From the NCBI RefSeq assembly GCF_001194135.2, contig NC_068983.1, positions 39,589,800-39,634,547 on the forward strand: a DNA stretch of 44,748 nt, given 5' to 3'. Position numbers and translations under genes: made by a program. The DNA is from Octopus bimaculoides. Lineage: Eukaryota. Positions 11,950 to 24,620 of the stretch are shown here, in pieces. Under the pieces are notes generated by a model. That model did not search any database. It saw only the letters and a program-made list of their open reading frames with translations, and was not told the origin of the DNA. Every line of letters starts with the position of its first letter. Position 1 is the stretch's first letter.

Positions 11950-12352
11950 GGCGCAGAAGTGGCTGTGTGGTAAGTAGCTTGATTACCAACCACATGGTTC
12001 CGGGTTCAGTCCCACTGTGTGGCACCTTGGGCAAGTGTCTTCTACTATAGCCTCGGGCCGACCAAAGCCTTGTGAGTTGATTTGGGAGACGTAAACTGAA
12101 AGAAGCCCGTCGTATATATGTATATATATATATATATATGTGTGTGTGTTTGTTCCCCCCCACCCCAACATCGCTTGACAACCGATGCTGGTGTGTTTAT
12201 GTTCCCGTAACTTAGCGGTTCGGCAAAAAGAGACCGATAGAATAAGTACTAGGCTTACAAAGAATAAGTCCTGGGGTCGATTTTCTCGACTAAAGGCGGT
12301 GCTCCAGCATGGCCGCAGTCAAATGACTGAAACAAGTAAAAGAGTAAAAGAG
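11950..12352 (+). mobile_element. SINE family A, full length: tRNA-like head, internal (TA)n/(TG)n, 3' half, TAAAAGAG tail
   Basis: A-box-like TGGCTGTGTGG (11960-70), B-box-like GGTTCAGTCC (12003-12), CORE-like ACCTTGGGCAAG, tandem tail; many partial copies in the window. Confidence 0.9.
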
Positions 12353-12673
12353 TATATATATATATATATATTTATAAAGAATTTTTCAAGTCGATCACAT
12401 GGAGTAACTCCATTCTTCCATGTGATCGGCTTGAAAAATTGTTAAGATATTAAGATATTTTTCTATTTTTCTAAACATGAAACCAATGGTAGCCTTAATA
12501 TACAATTAAAGAGATTCTATCTACCTATGCGGTGTTGAGCACTCATTTTCCTCGTTCGACATTCAGGTACATATATACATCACATACATGCATATAGACA
12601 TACACACACACACATACGTTTATATATATATATGTATCTATCTATCTATATATATATATATATATCTATGTAT

Positions 12674-12741
<68 letters not shown>

Positions 12742-13362
12742 CTCACATATGTCAGAAGTGGACTCAATAACGTTTATGACCACCACTTGTAAACGCGCTG
12801 CAATGCAAAGATGACGTTTTTAGCCCAGCGGATGATTTGCAGCTTTTACAACAAACTATTACAAAAACGTGTTTCTTTTTCAATTAGATGCAATGCAAAA
12901 GCATGACAATTGGTATTGTGTATAGACAATGTGTCTCTTCAGACAACCAATAGAAAGATAGCGTTCGTTCATGATTAGCAGACATATGTTCTTACTGCTT
13001 TGTTTCATGTAACCTTGAATGGCTAACAAGACCGGTCTCACAAACACGAACTCAATTACAAATTGAACATTTGAAAGGGTTATTGATATCTATGAGGTTT
13101 CTTTTTCTTGCGTCTCGTTTCAATTTTGCGTGTTTAATGCAATATTCTTCAAAATACATGGATACATCGAGGATATATTTTTTTCTCTATGATGCCCAAT
13201 CAATTGTCGTTTTCGCAACTTTGCATTTCAATATCAATTTTTTCCAGATTAGATTTAAAGGTATTCTGCCTGTTTTAACTTTTCGTTTTTTTGTTTTTTA
13301 TATTTGAGGTTTTTTTTCCCTATCGCATCAATAACTTCATAGATACACAAATATATACACTT

Positions 13363-13669
13363 CTTTATCTCTCTCTCTTTCTTTCTCTCTCTCTCTTTCT
13401 TTCTCTCTCTCTCTTTCTTTCTCTCTCTCTCTTTCTTTCTCTCTCTCTCTTTCTTTCTCTCTCTCTCTTTCTTTCTCTCTCTCTCTTTCTTTCTCTCTCT
13501 CTCTTTCTTTCTCTCTCTCTCTCTCTTTCTTTCTCTCCCCCTCTCACTCTCTCTTTCTCTCTCTTTCTCTCTCTTTCTCTCTCTTTCTCTCTCTTTCTAT
13601 CTCCCTCTCTTTCTTTCTCCACCCCTCTCTCTACTCATAAAAACACAGACAGACAGACAGACACGCACA

Positions 13670-13730
<61 letters not shown>
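13363..13730. repeat. (CT)/(CTTT) compound repeat with ~18-bp periodicity followed by (AC)n
   Basis: Direct reading; source of the LSLFLS and ERERKR ORFs. Confidence 0.95.
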
Positions 13731-13731
<1 letters not shown>

Positions 13732-14354
13732 GCTATATAACGGCAAAAAACTCAAAAGAAGGCAACGATATTGAACCATTTCTTTCACAAAAAAGCCAAT
13801 CACAAAAGAATGGCCATTGAAAAGGTGATATTACAGGCAGTGCTCCAGCATGGACGAGTCTATGGGCTGGAACGTAGGCATGTATTTGTGAAAAGATTTT
13901 CTAAAATCAAAAATTCTCAGTCATATGGAAACCTTTCAAAATGTAGATTAACAGAAGCCTGTTGGAAGTCGATTCAATGAAAGATGCTTACACAAAATCT
14001 TCTTTCAATGCTTAAACCCAAAATTGGGAAAGAAAGAACATGCACATTTGTGCATGAAGACAGTCGGAAACTAAGTTACACGGAATGTAGTTTAAAAGAG
14101 AAAAATACGTAGCGTAAGGTTAGTAGTAAGCGAAATATGTGGTGTGGTTAATACACTCGACAAAAAGTTTTGGAAGGAGTTTCTATAGAATGGTTGCAGT
14201 CCAATCAATGTAATCAGTAAAATGGTAAAAGCACAGAATAAAATGAATTTAACTTTCTCAAAATATATATGAAATGTTTCTTTCCTAAAATCATTCCTAA
14301 AATCAAATAAGGCTACACACGACAGCCAGTCTTATATATATGTATATATATAAA

Positions 14355-14523
14355 CCAATGTTTACGTCCCCGTAACTTAGCGGTTCGGCAAAAGTGACCA
14401 ATAGAATAAGAACTAGGCTTACAAAGAATAATTCCTGGGGTCTATTTGTACGATTAAAAGCGGTGCTCCTGCATGACAGCAGTCAAATGACTGAAACAAT
14501 TAAACGAATAAAAGAATAAAAGA
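14355..14523 (+). mobile_element. SINE family A, 3' half
   Basis: CCCCGTAACTTAGCGGTTCGGCAAAA..GCAGTCAAATGACTGAAACAA..(TAAAAGAA)n matches 12200-12350. Confidence 0.9.
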
Positions 14524-15452
14524 ATATGTGTGTGTGTGTTTGTGTGTATATGTATAGTTTAAATTATTGATAGGGAAGACAGAGTGTACTGGAAACTTTA
14601 TTAAGAGCAACGATCATTTCGGCTTATTTCTACATTTCTACCTAGTGGATGGGAGATGATATAATGAAATCGAATGCACACCATAGTGCAGAAGAAACCT
14701 CTTCAGGTTACATAACAGGCTTCAGTGTAATAAGATGTACGTTTCAATAATATGTGTGGCAGGATGATGCTGGAAGCGTACGTGCGTTTGTACTAGTTCA
14801 CAAATCCATTAACGAGGCAGGATGACAGGTGGAAATTCAGTGAGTGGTTGGTAAAGAATACAAAAATCCAATGCAAAAAAATATGAACGAGGTCAGAATG
14901 GCTTTTGAATGAAAAGCTCTGAAAAGGTTGTGGAGTACTCTCCCTCTCTCTCTTCCACTGTCTCTGTCTCTCTCTTTCTCTGTCTGATTGTCTATCTGTC
15001 TGTATATATATATATATATATATTATTTTGTTTAAAAGAGTTCCAACACTGTCTGTTTTTTATGTTTTATTTATATTCCTGCAGAACTAATGTGGGGTAT
15101 AGAATATGGAATATACAATATATAATATAATATACAATATACAATATAAAATAAAATAAAATAAAATAAAATAAAATAAAATTATATATATATATATATA
15201 TNNNNNNNNNNNNNNNNNNNNNNNNNNNNNNNNNNNNNNNNNNNNNNNNNNNNNNNNNNNNNNNNNNNNNNNNNNNNNNNNNNNNNNNNNNNNNNNNNNN
15301 NNNNNNNNNNNNNNNNNNNNNNNNNNNNNNNNNNNNNNNNNNNNNNNNNNNNNNNNNNNNNNNNNNNNNNNNNNNNNNNNNNNNNNNNNNNNNNNNNNNN
15401 NNNNNNNNNNNNNNNNNNNNNNNNNNNNNNNNNNNNNNNNNNNNNNNNNNNN

Positions 15453-15880
15453 CCGGGGAATTCAACGTGGAGACAACTTCCGCATGTGCAAATAGTCGTG
15501 AATGATTTCTTTCCACGGACCCTACTCTTATCTTCACTTCTTGGACTAGTTTCCGAATAGTTATACGGTGATCCTCCAAAAGGGAGGACCTACTTTATGG
15601 ACGGCGTCGTCCTCAATGGTAAAATGTGGTCGTCCAGGAATAGGAGCAGTTTCCACCGATGTCCGACCACATTTGAACTGGTGATACCAGTGCTTGACTA
15701 CGTCGTACGATGGTGCATCGTCATCATAAACTTCTTTCATCTCATCGAAACTATCTTTTGGTGTGCAACATTTCAAGTGTAAGTACCTGATCACAGATTT
15801 GCATTCAGCTGCCTCCATTATAGCACCTCAGTCTACTTCAGCTGCCTAAAAAGATAAACGAATACTTGTGGAAAGCTGCA
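15453..15880 (-). pseudogene. Mariner-type transposase N-terminal fragment, frameshifted
   Basis: MEAAECKSVIRYLHLK..EMKEVYDDDAPSYDVVKHWYHQFKCGRTSV..GRP (HTH and GRP motif), continuing in another frame as EDHRITIRKLVQEVKIRVGSV; ends at a gap. Confidence 0.9.
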
Positions 15881-16213
15881 ATTTACAAGGTGACATGTAA
15901 AGCCATGTATGATTATACCTGTACAATAACCAGAAGTGTGTCAGGGGAATCTTTAATGAACACCCCTCTAAATGTAAGATAAATATAGTGATAATGACAA
16001 TAATCCTTCGATGGAATTCATAAACATTTAATGCATCACTACGCGCGTTTCCACAAATATCTTGTCTGGGATTATCACAGTGTAGTCCGTAGTATTCGGG
16101 GGGCATCGGGTAGATCACCTTCATGGATTCATTTGTTCAGGCGATATAACATTAATGGATGTTTACTAGAGGGATGTTTATCCCTTTTGACCAGTACGAA
16201 GGTTGGTGGAATT

Positions 16214-16288
<75 letters not shown>

Positions 16289-16304
16289 CATATAAAACTT
16301 AGAT

Positions 16305-17140
16305 ATGTTTCGACTAAAGATTGGTCCAGGCCATGTCTAACTTAATAGCACTACTTGATAGGATTATCTAAATCCTTTTAAAGTCAAGTTTTATGGTATC
16401 ATGGTCCATTCAAGTAGTGAGTTCTTGTTGAGTGAATTGTATCCAGGCATAGGTGGCTTATCTGGTATTCCTTGAAGAAATTTGTCCAGACTCCGTTTAA
16501 AGGCGATGGGATCCTTTTCCTCTTTGATCAGTTTTGGGACAATGTTAAACAGGGCAGGGCCTGCTGAGGAAAAGAAATTGTGTCATAGTGTGCCTATATG
16601 TTGTTATCCTGAATTGGGCAAGGAACGTATGGCCCGTGGTCCCAGCCTTGGATGAACCTTGAAGCTAATGTTTAGGTCGTTTGGGCAATGTTGGCGGTAT
16701 ATTCTCCACATCGTGCAAATGATGTACCACTCGCGGCAGTGCTGGAGAGAGTCGAGTTTCAAGACTTTAAATCGGTCCCAGTAATCGAGATTAGTCATGC
16801 CCTTAATTCGTTTAGTGAATGCCCTCTGGAGTGATTCAATTTTCGAGATGTTTTGTTTTGTATGGGGAGACCACTGGAGGCAGCAGTATTCGAGGTATGG
16901 CCGTACAAAGGAGGAGAAAAGTGGAATGATGACACTTTGTACTCTGGACCGGAAGGTTCTTAAGATCCAGGAGCTCATCCTACGAGGTATGTCGACGTTA
17001 TTGTTGATGTGGGGACTCCAATTGAGATTGTTGTCAACAATTACTCCTAGGTCTCAGATATTATTAGATACTGTGAGCGGTTCTCCTGAAGGAAGAGAGT
17101 ATGGCTGTGTTAGTATAGTCTTTCTTCCAAAATGCATATA
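16305..17140 (-). mobile_element. CR1/L2-clade LINE 3' fragment (RT C-terminus and 3' UTR)
   Basis: DLGVIVDNNLNWSPHI (after an in-frame stop), ILRTF..LFSSFVRPYLEYCCLQWSP..KIESLQRAFTKRIKGM..LDYWDRFKVLKLDSLQ, then GPALFNIVP..FKRSLDKFL..IPDKP; cut by a gap. Confidence 0.92.
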
Positions 17141-17496
17141 NNNNNNNNNNNNNNNNNNNNNNNNNNNNNNNNNNNNNNNNNNNNNNNNNNNNNNNNNNNN
17201 NNNNNNNNNNNNNNNNNNNNNNNNNNNNNNNNNNNNNNNNNNNNNNNNNNNNNNNNNNNNNNNNNNNNNNNNNNNNNNNNNNNNNNNNNNNNNNNNNNNN
17301 NNNNNNNNNNNNNNNNNNNNNNNNNNNNNNNNNNNNNNNNNNNNNNNNNNNNNNNNNNNNNNNNNNNNNNNNNNNNNNNNNNNNNNNNNNNNNNNNNNNN
17401 NNNNNNNNNNNNNNNNNNNNNNNNNNNNNNNNNNNNNNNNNNNNNNNNNNNNNNNNNNNNNNNNNNNTATATATATATATATATATAAATAAATAA

Positions 17497-17530
<34 letters not shown>

Positions 17531-17615
17531 AGAAGGTTGAAAAGGAACACACGAGTTGATATATATGGAAAAAAAAGTTAAGGTAGAAAATGCTAAAATA
17601 ATTTTATAAAAAACA

Positions 17616-17657
17616 TTTCAGTACCGGTTTCAGTCATTGAGACTTTTTCAACTGTAA
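17616..17657 (-). ncRNA. Variant minimal hammerhead-like motif with U3-A8 instead of C3-G8
   Basis: Minus strand: CAG-TTGAAAA-AGTC-tcaat-GACT-GAAA-C-cg-GT-A-CTG; palindromic stem III ACCGGT; GUA triplet; stem I only 3 bp plus a 2-bp extension. Confidence 0.5.
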
Positions 17658-17681
17658 GTATGGAAAAATTAAAAGACAAGT

Positions 17682-18267
17682 TTTTTAAAAGAATATTTGC
17701 ATAGTATTCAAATACAAGGGGCACATACCTTGTTTCTGCCTGTCTCTGTCTCTCTTGTTTACTCTTGTGGGTTCAAGGTCATTGTGAATTCTTGGCAGGG
17801 AAGAAGAAAGAGGAGGAGGAGGAGGAGGAGGATGACGAGAAGAAGAATGCGGGAGTACCATGATAGTAGTAGGATGTTGAATGGTCAAGTGCCCTGAAAG
17901 TGACTTGTTGTGTATGGTAGTAGTCACTTTCAGGGCACTTGACCATTTAACATCCTACTACTATCATGGTACTCCTGCATTCTCCTCCTCCTTCTCCTCC
18001 TCCTCCTCCTCCTTCTTCTTCTTCTTCTTCTTCTTCTTCTTCTTCTTCTTCTTCTTCTTCTTCTTCTTCTTCTTCTTCTTCTTCTTCTTCTTCTTCTTCT
18101 TCTTCTTCTTCTTCTTCTTCTTCTTCTTCTTCTTCTTCTTCTTCTTCGTCTTCTTCTTCCCTGCCAAGAATTCACAATGACCTCGATTCGACAAGAGTAA
18201 ACAGGAGAGACAGAGACAAGGAAAATGCCCCTTGTATTTGAATACTATGCAAATATTCTTTTAAAAA
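17682..18267. repeat. 586-bp foldback palindrome with a 16-nt loop and asymmetric (GAA/GGA)n tracts
   Basis: Arm 17682-17905 is the reverse complement of 17922-18267 apart from microsatellite length and small indels; loop 17906-17921. Confidence 0.92.
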
Positions 18268-18313
18268 TATTTTCATTCAATTTTTCGAAAATTTAATTTN
18301 NNNNNNNNNGATC

Positions 18314-18351
<38 letters not shown>

Positions 18352-20169
18352 GTATGTATGTATATATATGTATGTATGTATGTATATACACACGCACACG
18401 CGCATATATTTTCAACTAACGATGTTTATAATGTAATTTTGCAACTTTAAACTTCAATAAATTTTGATGTCCATATGACAGAATCTAAATTGTTTCAGTT
18501 TCGTCATATGGTGTTAGTGTTAGCACTTTTGAAATTGTGTGAATGTTATTCTCTTCGGTCATTCCACTGTCAGATAATCAAAAATGGTACTAGTAGAAGA
18601 ACAGGTTAAGTTTAAATTATGGCTCTCAAAACGAAAATTCATAATATTTGCCAGGAGATTCATCAATTGTTAACGTAGGAAGAGAGCACGTCATGAAAAC
18701 GTGGTTAATATATGGATGAAAGGATTTAAAGGAAGTGGGTTCGTTTGTAAAAGACTATGAATGATGTTGTTTGGTTGAAATATATGATGTGAGTGTGTCT
18801 AGGTTTTCATGACAGCTAAATGGCATTGAATACAGTTGTCACAGCATATATCACTTCAGTTAAATAATAATCTACACGTAGATAATAACAACATGCAGGT
18901 ATCCCGGTTGATTTAGATCAGCATTACTAATAGTTTCACAGAAGTTTCATCGTTGAGAAGCGATGATACTAAGTATTGAGAGAATATGACTACGAAACGA
19001 GGTCGCTCATCATTGAATGGTGTGCAAAGTGTGTCTGTATAAAGCAGATTAGATCGCTTGATATAGCTATTAAGGAAACAATTACTAATTATTTCAGCTA
19101 GTAATAGCAATAATTCAACCAAACTTTTATAATTACCAATTGTTGCTAACACTGTTGAATAACGTTTATTGTAATTTCAGCAAAATTAGAATAAAATCTA
19201 TAGAATGTGTTATGAAGTAGTAACTGAAAATTACTGAGCAGAGAACACTACAATACAAAAGTTCACTTTTCTTGTTAAGAGATACAGAGCAGTGTTGCAA
19301 AATATGCAGTTTCTTAGAAAGACAGTTGTGTTATGGGTGAGTAAAAGAAGACAGTAGTGAAAATATTTCAGCTTATACTATGCAGATAGTTTCTCTTGTC
19401 CCGAAGTCATTCTTTTGCCTCTGAGTGGCTACATATATTTCAACAGCCTACTACAACAATTATCATGAAAAGTGAACTGTCATATAGCTGCCACCAATGG
19501 AACTCACTGTTAGATATCTTTAAACCATTTGTTGCTAACGTCATTCCATGACTTTTTCTGTAATTCTTGCTGAGATTTCTGATGAGAGTGAGAGTCTACA
19601 CCTTTCCACAGGACTAGATTTGCTTTACATCCAAGAACGTTCCAGCACAGTCACTGATATGTCCGATAGCTGTTTAAATAAAAGCTCAATGACACAAAAA
19701 CAGACTTACTAATAAGTCTGAGCTTCATACGTTAGCCAATGAAAATCAGCTACAATTAGAATCTATTGCTGCCTCACTATTTCATATCATAGAATCAGAA
19801 CGAACAAATACGAATTTGCACCGGTGAATTACACACAGACTCACAAATACAGACACGAGAATATATATATATATACGACAAGAAATAATTTTGCTTCTTT
19901 TTATGGAGACAAAAGGGTTTATAAGACTGCAAAAAGGAAGTGCTCAAATGTAATTGAGACAGAGAAAAAAACAAAATTTGATTAGAGAACAAACATCAAA
20001 TTCGAGTCAACGACTTTATATATAACACTACGCCTCCAAACAATTGATGATATATAAATATTACCATGGTCTTTAAACACATAAAGTATACATATATAAA
20101 AACACAGAAGTTAAAAAATATATGGGAATAAAAATACAGATATACAGAACGGCCTATCAAGAAGGTATA

Positions 20170-20432
20170 TTGCATATACGTAATGCCGTTAGGTGTGAAG
20201 GGTGCCACAAAGACTACATATGGCAGAGTAAGAGATAAGATGACAGTCGACCGCCAACAATTGAGGGATCCCACCACAAGACAAATACCACTTAAATCTC
20301 TGTGCACAAAATAAGTTCCCCGAATTCCTAGATTTCCCGCTGTACCAATGCCCAGACAGCTCCACTGACTAAACATGGATAAATAAGGAAAATATCCTTA
20401 TTCAAAAATACAGACCACAACTCAACATCTAA
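20170..20432 (+). pseudogene. Second Penelope-like GIY-YIG remnant, frameshifted, different subfamily from 3930-4357
   Basis: Across three frames: AVRCEGCHKDYIWQSKR / MTVDRQQLRDPTTRQIPL / FPLYQCPD..NKENILIQKYRPQLN*, matching the PLE pattern C-x2-C-x3-YIGQT..R..H-R-QQI..E-x2-FI-x-K-x2-P-x-LN. Confidence 0.8.
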
Positions 20433-20913
20433 AAAAATATACTTAGACTGCAGACACAAAAACACAATACCCCTACCCCCTAGGTACACGTCCACAACAA
20501 ACACACACAGAAACACACACAGATGTACAAACACACACACAAATACAAAGCAACCACCCAAAAACACACACGCAAAAATACAATATCCTCACATTCGAGC
20601 TCAAACCCTCACACATTCCAAGAAAAACACACACATATATACACATAGAATACGATTCTAGCAATCACAACCAACACTCACATACACACATGGAAATCTA
20701 GATTTACTTACGGAGACAGCAACTGAGTATCACCTGAGGAGATACATATAGATCTTTTTATACAAGTAGATCGTTACATAATTTAATTTTAATTTAAATT
20801 TAAATTCTGTATATATGAGGATCTGTATGCATGGAAACACTCGTAGTGATTAAAAAACTGCCTAACTGTACTTACTCTTCCTTTTGACTCTTTTACTTTT
20901 TACTTTTTTATAA

Positions 20914-20959
<46 letters not shown>

Positions 20960-20963
20960 GCAT

Positions 20964-21436
20964 GTTGTTGTTGGCAATCAGTCGCTTACGACGTCGAGGG
21001 TTCCAGCTGATCCGATCAATGGAACAGCCTGCTCGTGGAATTAAAGTGCAAGCGGCTGAGCACTCCACAGACACGTGTACTCTTAACGTAGTTCTCGGGG
21101 ATATTCAGCGTGACACAGTGTGACAAGGCTGACCCTTTGAAATACAGGTACAACAGAAACAGGAAGAAAGAGTGAGAGAAAGTTGTGGTGGAAGAGTACA
21201 GCAGGGTTCGACACCATCCCCTGCCGGAGCNNNNNNNNNNAGAAACAGGAAGAAAGAGTGAGAGAAAGTTGTGGTGGAAGAGTACAGCAGGGTTCGACAC
21301 CATCCCCTGCCGGAGCCTCGTGGAGCTTTAGGTGTTTTCGCTCAATAAACACTCACAACGCCCGGACTGGGAATCGAAAAAGCGATCGTATGACCTCGAG
21401 TCCGCTGCCCTAACCACTGGGCCATTGCTCCTCCAC
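20964..21436 (-). mobile_element. tRNA-derived SINE family C, near full length
   Basis: Minus-strand head GTGGAGGAGCAATGGCCCAGTGGTTAGGGCAGCGGACTCG..TTCGATTCCC with A and B boxes; (CAA)n tail; the internal duplication straddles a 10-N gap. Confidence 0.85.
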
Positions 21437-21579
21437 ATATATGCATATAGACAAGCATATTAAAAGGGGTCCGTGTGAAAACTGATTTAAATTAAAAGGT
21501 TGAGAACCATTGTTAGGAACCACTGTAAGAGGTTGGGAACCAGGAAATGAGATGGGTACTTAAATCTCAGGAGCACTCC

Positions 21580-21783
21580 GTCGGTTTCGACGACGAGGGT
21601 CCCAGCTGATACGATCAACGGAACAGCTTGCTCGTGAAATTGACGCGCAAGTGACTGAGCAATCCACAGACACGTGTACCCCTACCGTAGTTTTCAAGGA
21701 GATTCAGCGTGACACAGAGTGTGACAAGGCCGGCCCTTTGAAATACAGGTACTACTCATTTTTATCAGCTAAGTGAACTGGAA
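21580..21783 (-). mobile_element. SINE family C, 3' partial copy
   Basis: Aligns with 20985-21150 (CCAGCTGAT.CGATCAA.GGAACAGC.TGCTCGTG..TTTGAAATACAGGTAC). Confidence 0.85.
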
Positions 21784-23199
21784 GTTAAATCTCAAAGTAT
21801 TTAATATCAATAAACCCACAAGATCAGAGACATCAGCACTATCGTACGACCCCATAGATGCATCAAATAGTTCGTCCTTATGTATATTTAGTTATAGAAT
21901 AGTGACTACTGTCCCTTTTTCACTCCAACATTACTCTTAATTACATTCAGTTTGCGTAATTTGCTTTAGGAGACTAATGACTACCGAAAAAGTTTTCAAG
22001 GCGGTGTCCCAGCACGGGCGAGGTCTAATGACTAAAACTAGTAAAAGATAACAAACAAAAGATGTATGTGTGTGCATTATGTGGGGGCCGGCGAGAGAAG
22101 TTTCCATAGACCAAAGTGGAAAAGATTTTCAGTCAAGTTTTCATTTACAAAAGGTTTCACAGACATCAAGCAATTCTGCAAAAATTCGCATTTGCCAAAG
22201 CATTACATAAGTAATAGCAGCCGTAGTAGATAGTAATTGCGGAATCTCATGGGGCTTCAATCAATCCTTCTATTGTTACATTTCATGATATCGTATTATT
22301 TACATAAAAATAAATTACCACAATAAATCTCTGTGTGTGTATGGGTATATATATATATATATATATATNNNNNNNNNNNNNNNNNNNNNNNNNNNNNNNN
22401 NNNNNNNNNNNNNNNNNNNNNNNNNNNNNNNNNNNNNNNNNNNNNNNNNNNNNNNNNNNNNNNNNNNNNNNNNNNNNNNNNNNNNNNNNNNNNNNNNNNN
22501 NNNNNNNNNNNNNNNNNNNNNNNNNNNNNNNNNNNNNNNNNNNNNNNNNNNNNNNNNNNNNNNNNNNNNNNNNNNNNNNNNNNNNNNNNNNNNNNNNNNN
22601 NNNNNNNNNNNNNNNNNNNNNNNNNNNNNNNNNNNNNNNNNNNNNNNNNNNNNNNNNNNNNNNNNNNNNNNNNNNNNNNNNNNNNNNNNNNNNNNNNNNN
22701 NNNNNNNNNNNNNNNNNNNNNNNNNNNNNNNNNNNNNNNNNNNNNNNNNNNNNNNNNNNNNNNNNNNNNNNNNNNNNNNNNNNNNNNNNNNNNNNNNNNN
22801 NNNNNNNNNNNNNNNNNNNNNNNNNNNNNNNNNNNNNNNNNNNNNTTCTTCGACATTTCTTAGCTGCTGAATTTAAAGAATATTGGAAATTGGAACGGAA
22901 CGTTTCAATATTTTCAACGTCACGACATAATTGTTGCTTTTTGACTAAGCATATCCCATAGTTGTTTTTAAATTGTTTTTCATTGCTATGATTGTTGTTG
23001 ATGTTTCCATTGATAAAGTCTTTCCTTGTTATTTTTTGTTGTTGTTGCTATTGTTGATGTTATTACTTTTATTTTTATCATCATCATTATTGTCATCAGC
23101 ATCGTCATCATCATCCTCATCACCATCCTTTTCACATTTGATACTACCATTATCCTATATCAATGATATCATTATTATTATTATTCAGACAGCGCGAAA

Positions 23200-24308
23200 G
23201 AATCGTTAGCGCGAAAGGCTTAGCGGTTTTTCGTCTGTCTCCATGTTCTGAGTTCAAATTTTTGCCGAGGTCGACTTTACCCTTTCATCCTATCAAGGTC
23301 GATAAATTAAGTACTAGTGAAACACTGAGGTGGATATAACTGACTGGTCCTCTCTCTGCTAATTTGAGGTCTTGTGCCTCCACTATGGCGAGCTGGCAGA
23401 ATCTTTTGCATGTCAGGCAAAATGCTTATTGCTATTTCGTCTGTCGTTATGTTCTGAGTTCAAATTCCGCCGAGGTCGACTTTGCCTTTCATCCTTTCGG
23501 GGTTGATAAATTAAGTACCAGTTACGCACTGGAGTCGATGTAATCGACTTAATCCCTTTGTCTGTCCTTGTTTGTCCCCTCTATGTTTAGCTCCTTATGG
23601 GCAGTAAACAAATAAGAAATGTTAGCACGCCAAGCGAAATGTTCAGTGGTATTTCGTCTGTCTTTATGTTCTGAGTTCAAATTCAGCCGAGGTTGACTTT
23701 GCATTTCACCTTTTCGGGGGTCGATAAATTAAGTATCAGTTGCGTACTGGGATCGATCTAATCGACTGGCCTCCTCTCCCAAAATTTTGGGCCGTGTGCC
23801 TTGAGTAGAAAAGATTTTTATAAGGCGGTGAGCTGGCTGAGTCGTTAACACTCCCGCCAAAATATTAAGCGGTATTCCGTCTGCCGTTACGTTCTAAGTT
23901 CAAATTCCGCCGAGTTCAACTTTGCTTTTTATCATTTCGGGGTCGATAAAATAAGTTCCAGTTGAGCACAGGAGTCGAAGTAATCGACTTACTCTTCTAC
24001 CGAAATTGCTGGTCTTGTGTCAAAATCCTAAAATAATAATTATTAGGCCGGACTGCCAGAAATGGAGGAGATCTAACTAAATATATTCGTAGAGAGTCTG
24101 AATATCCTTTTCTACTCTAGGCATAAGACCCCAAATTTCTGGGGAGGGGGCCAGTCGATTAGATCGACCCCTGTACGCAATTTATCGACCCCGAAAGGAT
24201 GAAAGGCAAAGTCGACCTGGGCGGAATTTGAACTCAGAACGTAAAGACAGGCGAAATACCGTTAAGCATTTCGCCCAGCGTGCTAACGATTCTGCCAGTT
24301 CACCGCCT
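23200..24308. mobile_element. Cluster of five family B SINEs: four head-to-tail on + (about 23200, 23386, 23623, 23823), one on - (24110-24308)
   Basis: Repeated GTTCTGAGTTCAAATTCCGCCGAGGTCGACTTTGCCTTTCATCCTTTCGGGGTCGATAAATTAAGTACCAG core; heads GGCGGTGAGCTGGC. Confidence 0.92.
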
Positions 24309-24361
24309 TATAGTGTCCTAGCATTATTGTTATGGCAACTAAACAACAACAATATACCATT

Positions 24362-24577
24362 ATTTACATTATTTACATTTGACGGATATTTGTCCTCATC
24401 TTGTTTGTTGTTAACACAACGTTTCGGCTGATATACCCTCCAGCCTTCGTCAGGTATCTTGGGGAAATTTCGAACCTGGGTTCTCACTCCATAATTGCCC
24501 ACGGGCATATGGCGTAGTGGTTAAGAGCGCGGGCTACTAACCCCAAGATTCCGAGTTCGATTCACGGCAGCGACCTG

Positions 24578-24620
<43 letters not shown>

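Larger units (their letters stand above)
9442..12500. mobile_element. Candidate TIR-bounded DNA element (~3.06 kb), or two independent ends of one repeat family
   Basis: Inward-facing ~60-bp inverted repeats 9442-9503 and 12441-12500 (TATTAAGGCTACCATTGGTTT.ATGTTTAGAAAAATAGAAAAAA..); TA and TTAA occur at both outer ends. Confidence 0.45.

Noticed and set aside
19545-19830. Protein-like frames (MTFSVILAEISDES.. / NKSELHTLANEN..) joined by a frameshift
   Set aside because: Under 60 codons each, no recognisable domain and no clear splice pair.
21152-21317. ~78-bp tandem duplication inside the family C SINE
   Set aside because: The copies are identical and separated exactly by a 10-N gap, so this is an assembly artefact.
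24503-24575. Genuine tRNA gene
   Set aside because: The acceptor stem does not close and the segment is embedded in a TSD-flanked element, so it is treated as a SINE head. tRNAscan-SE would confirm.
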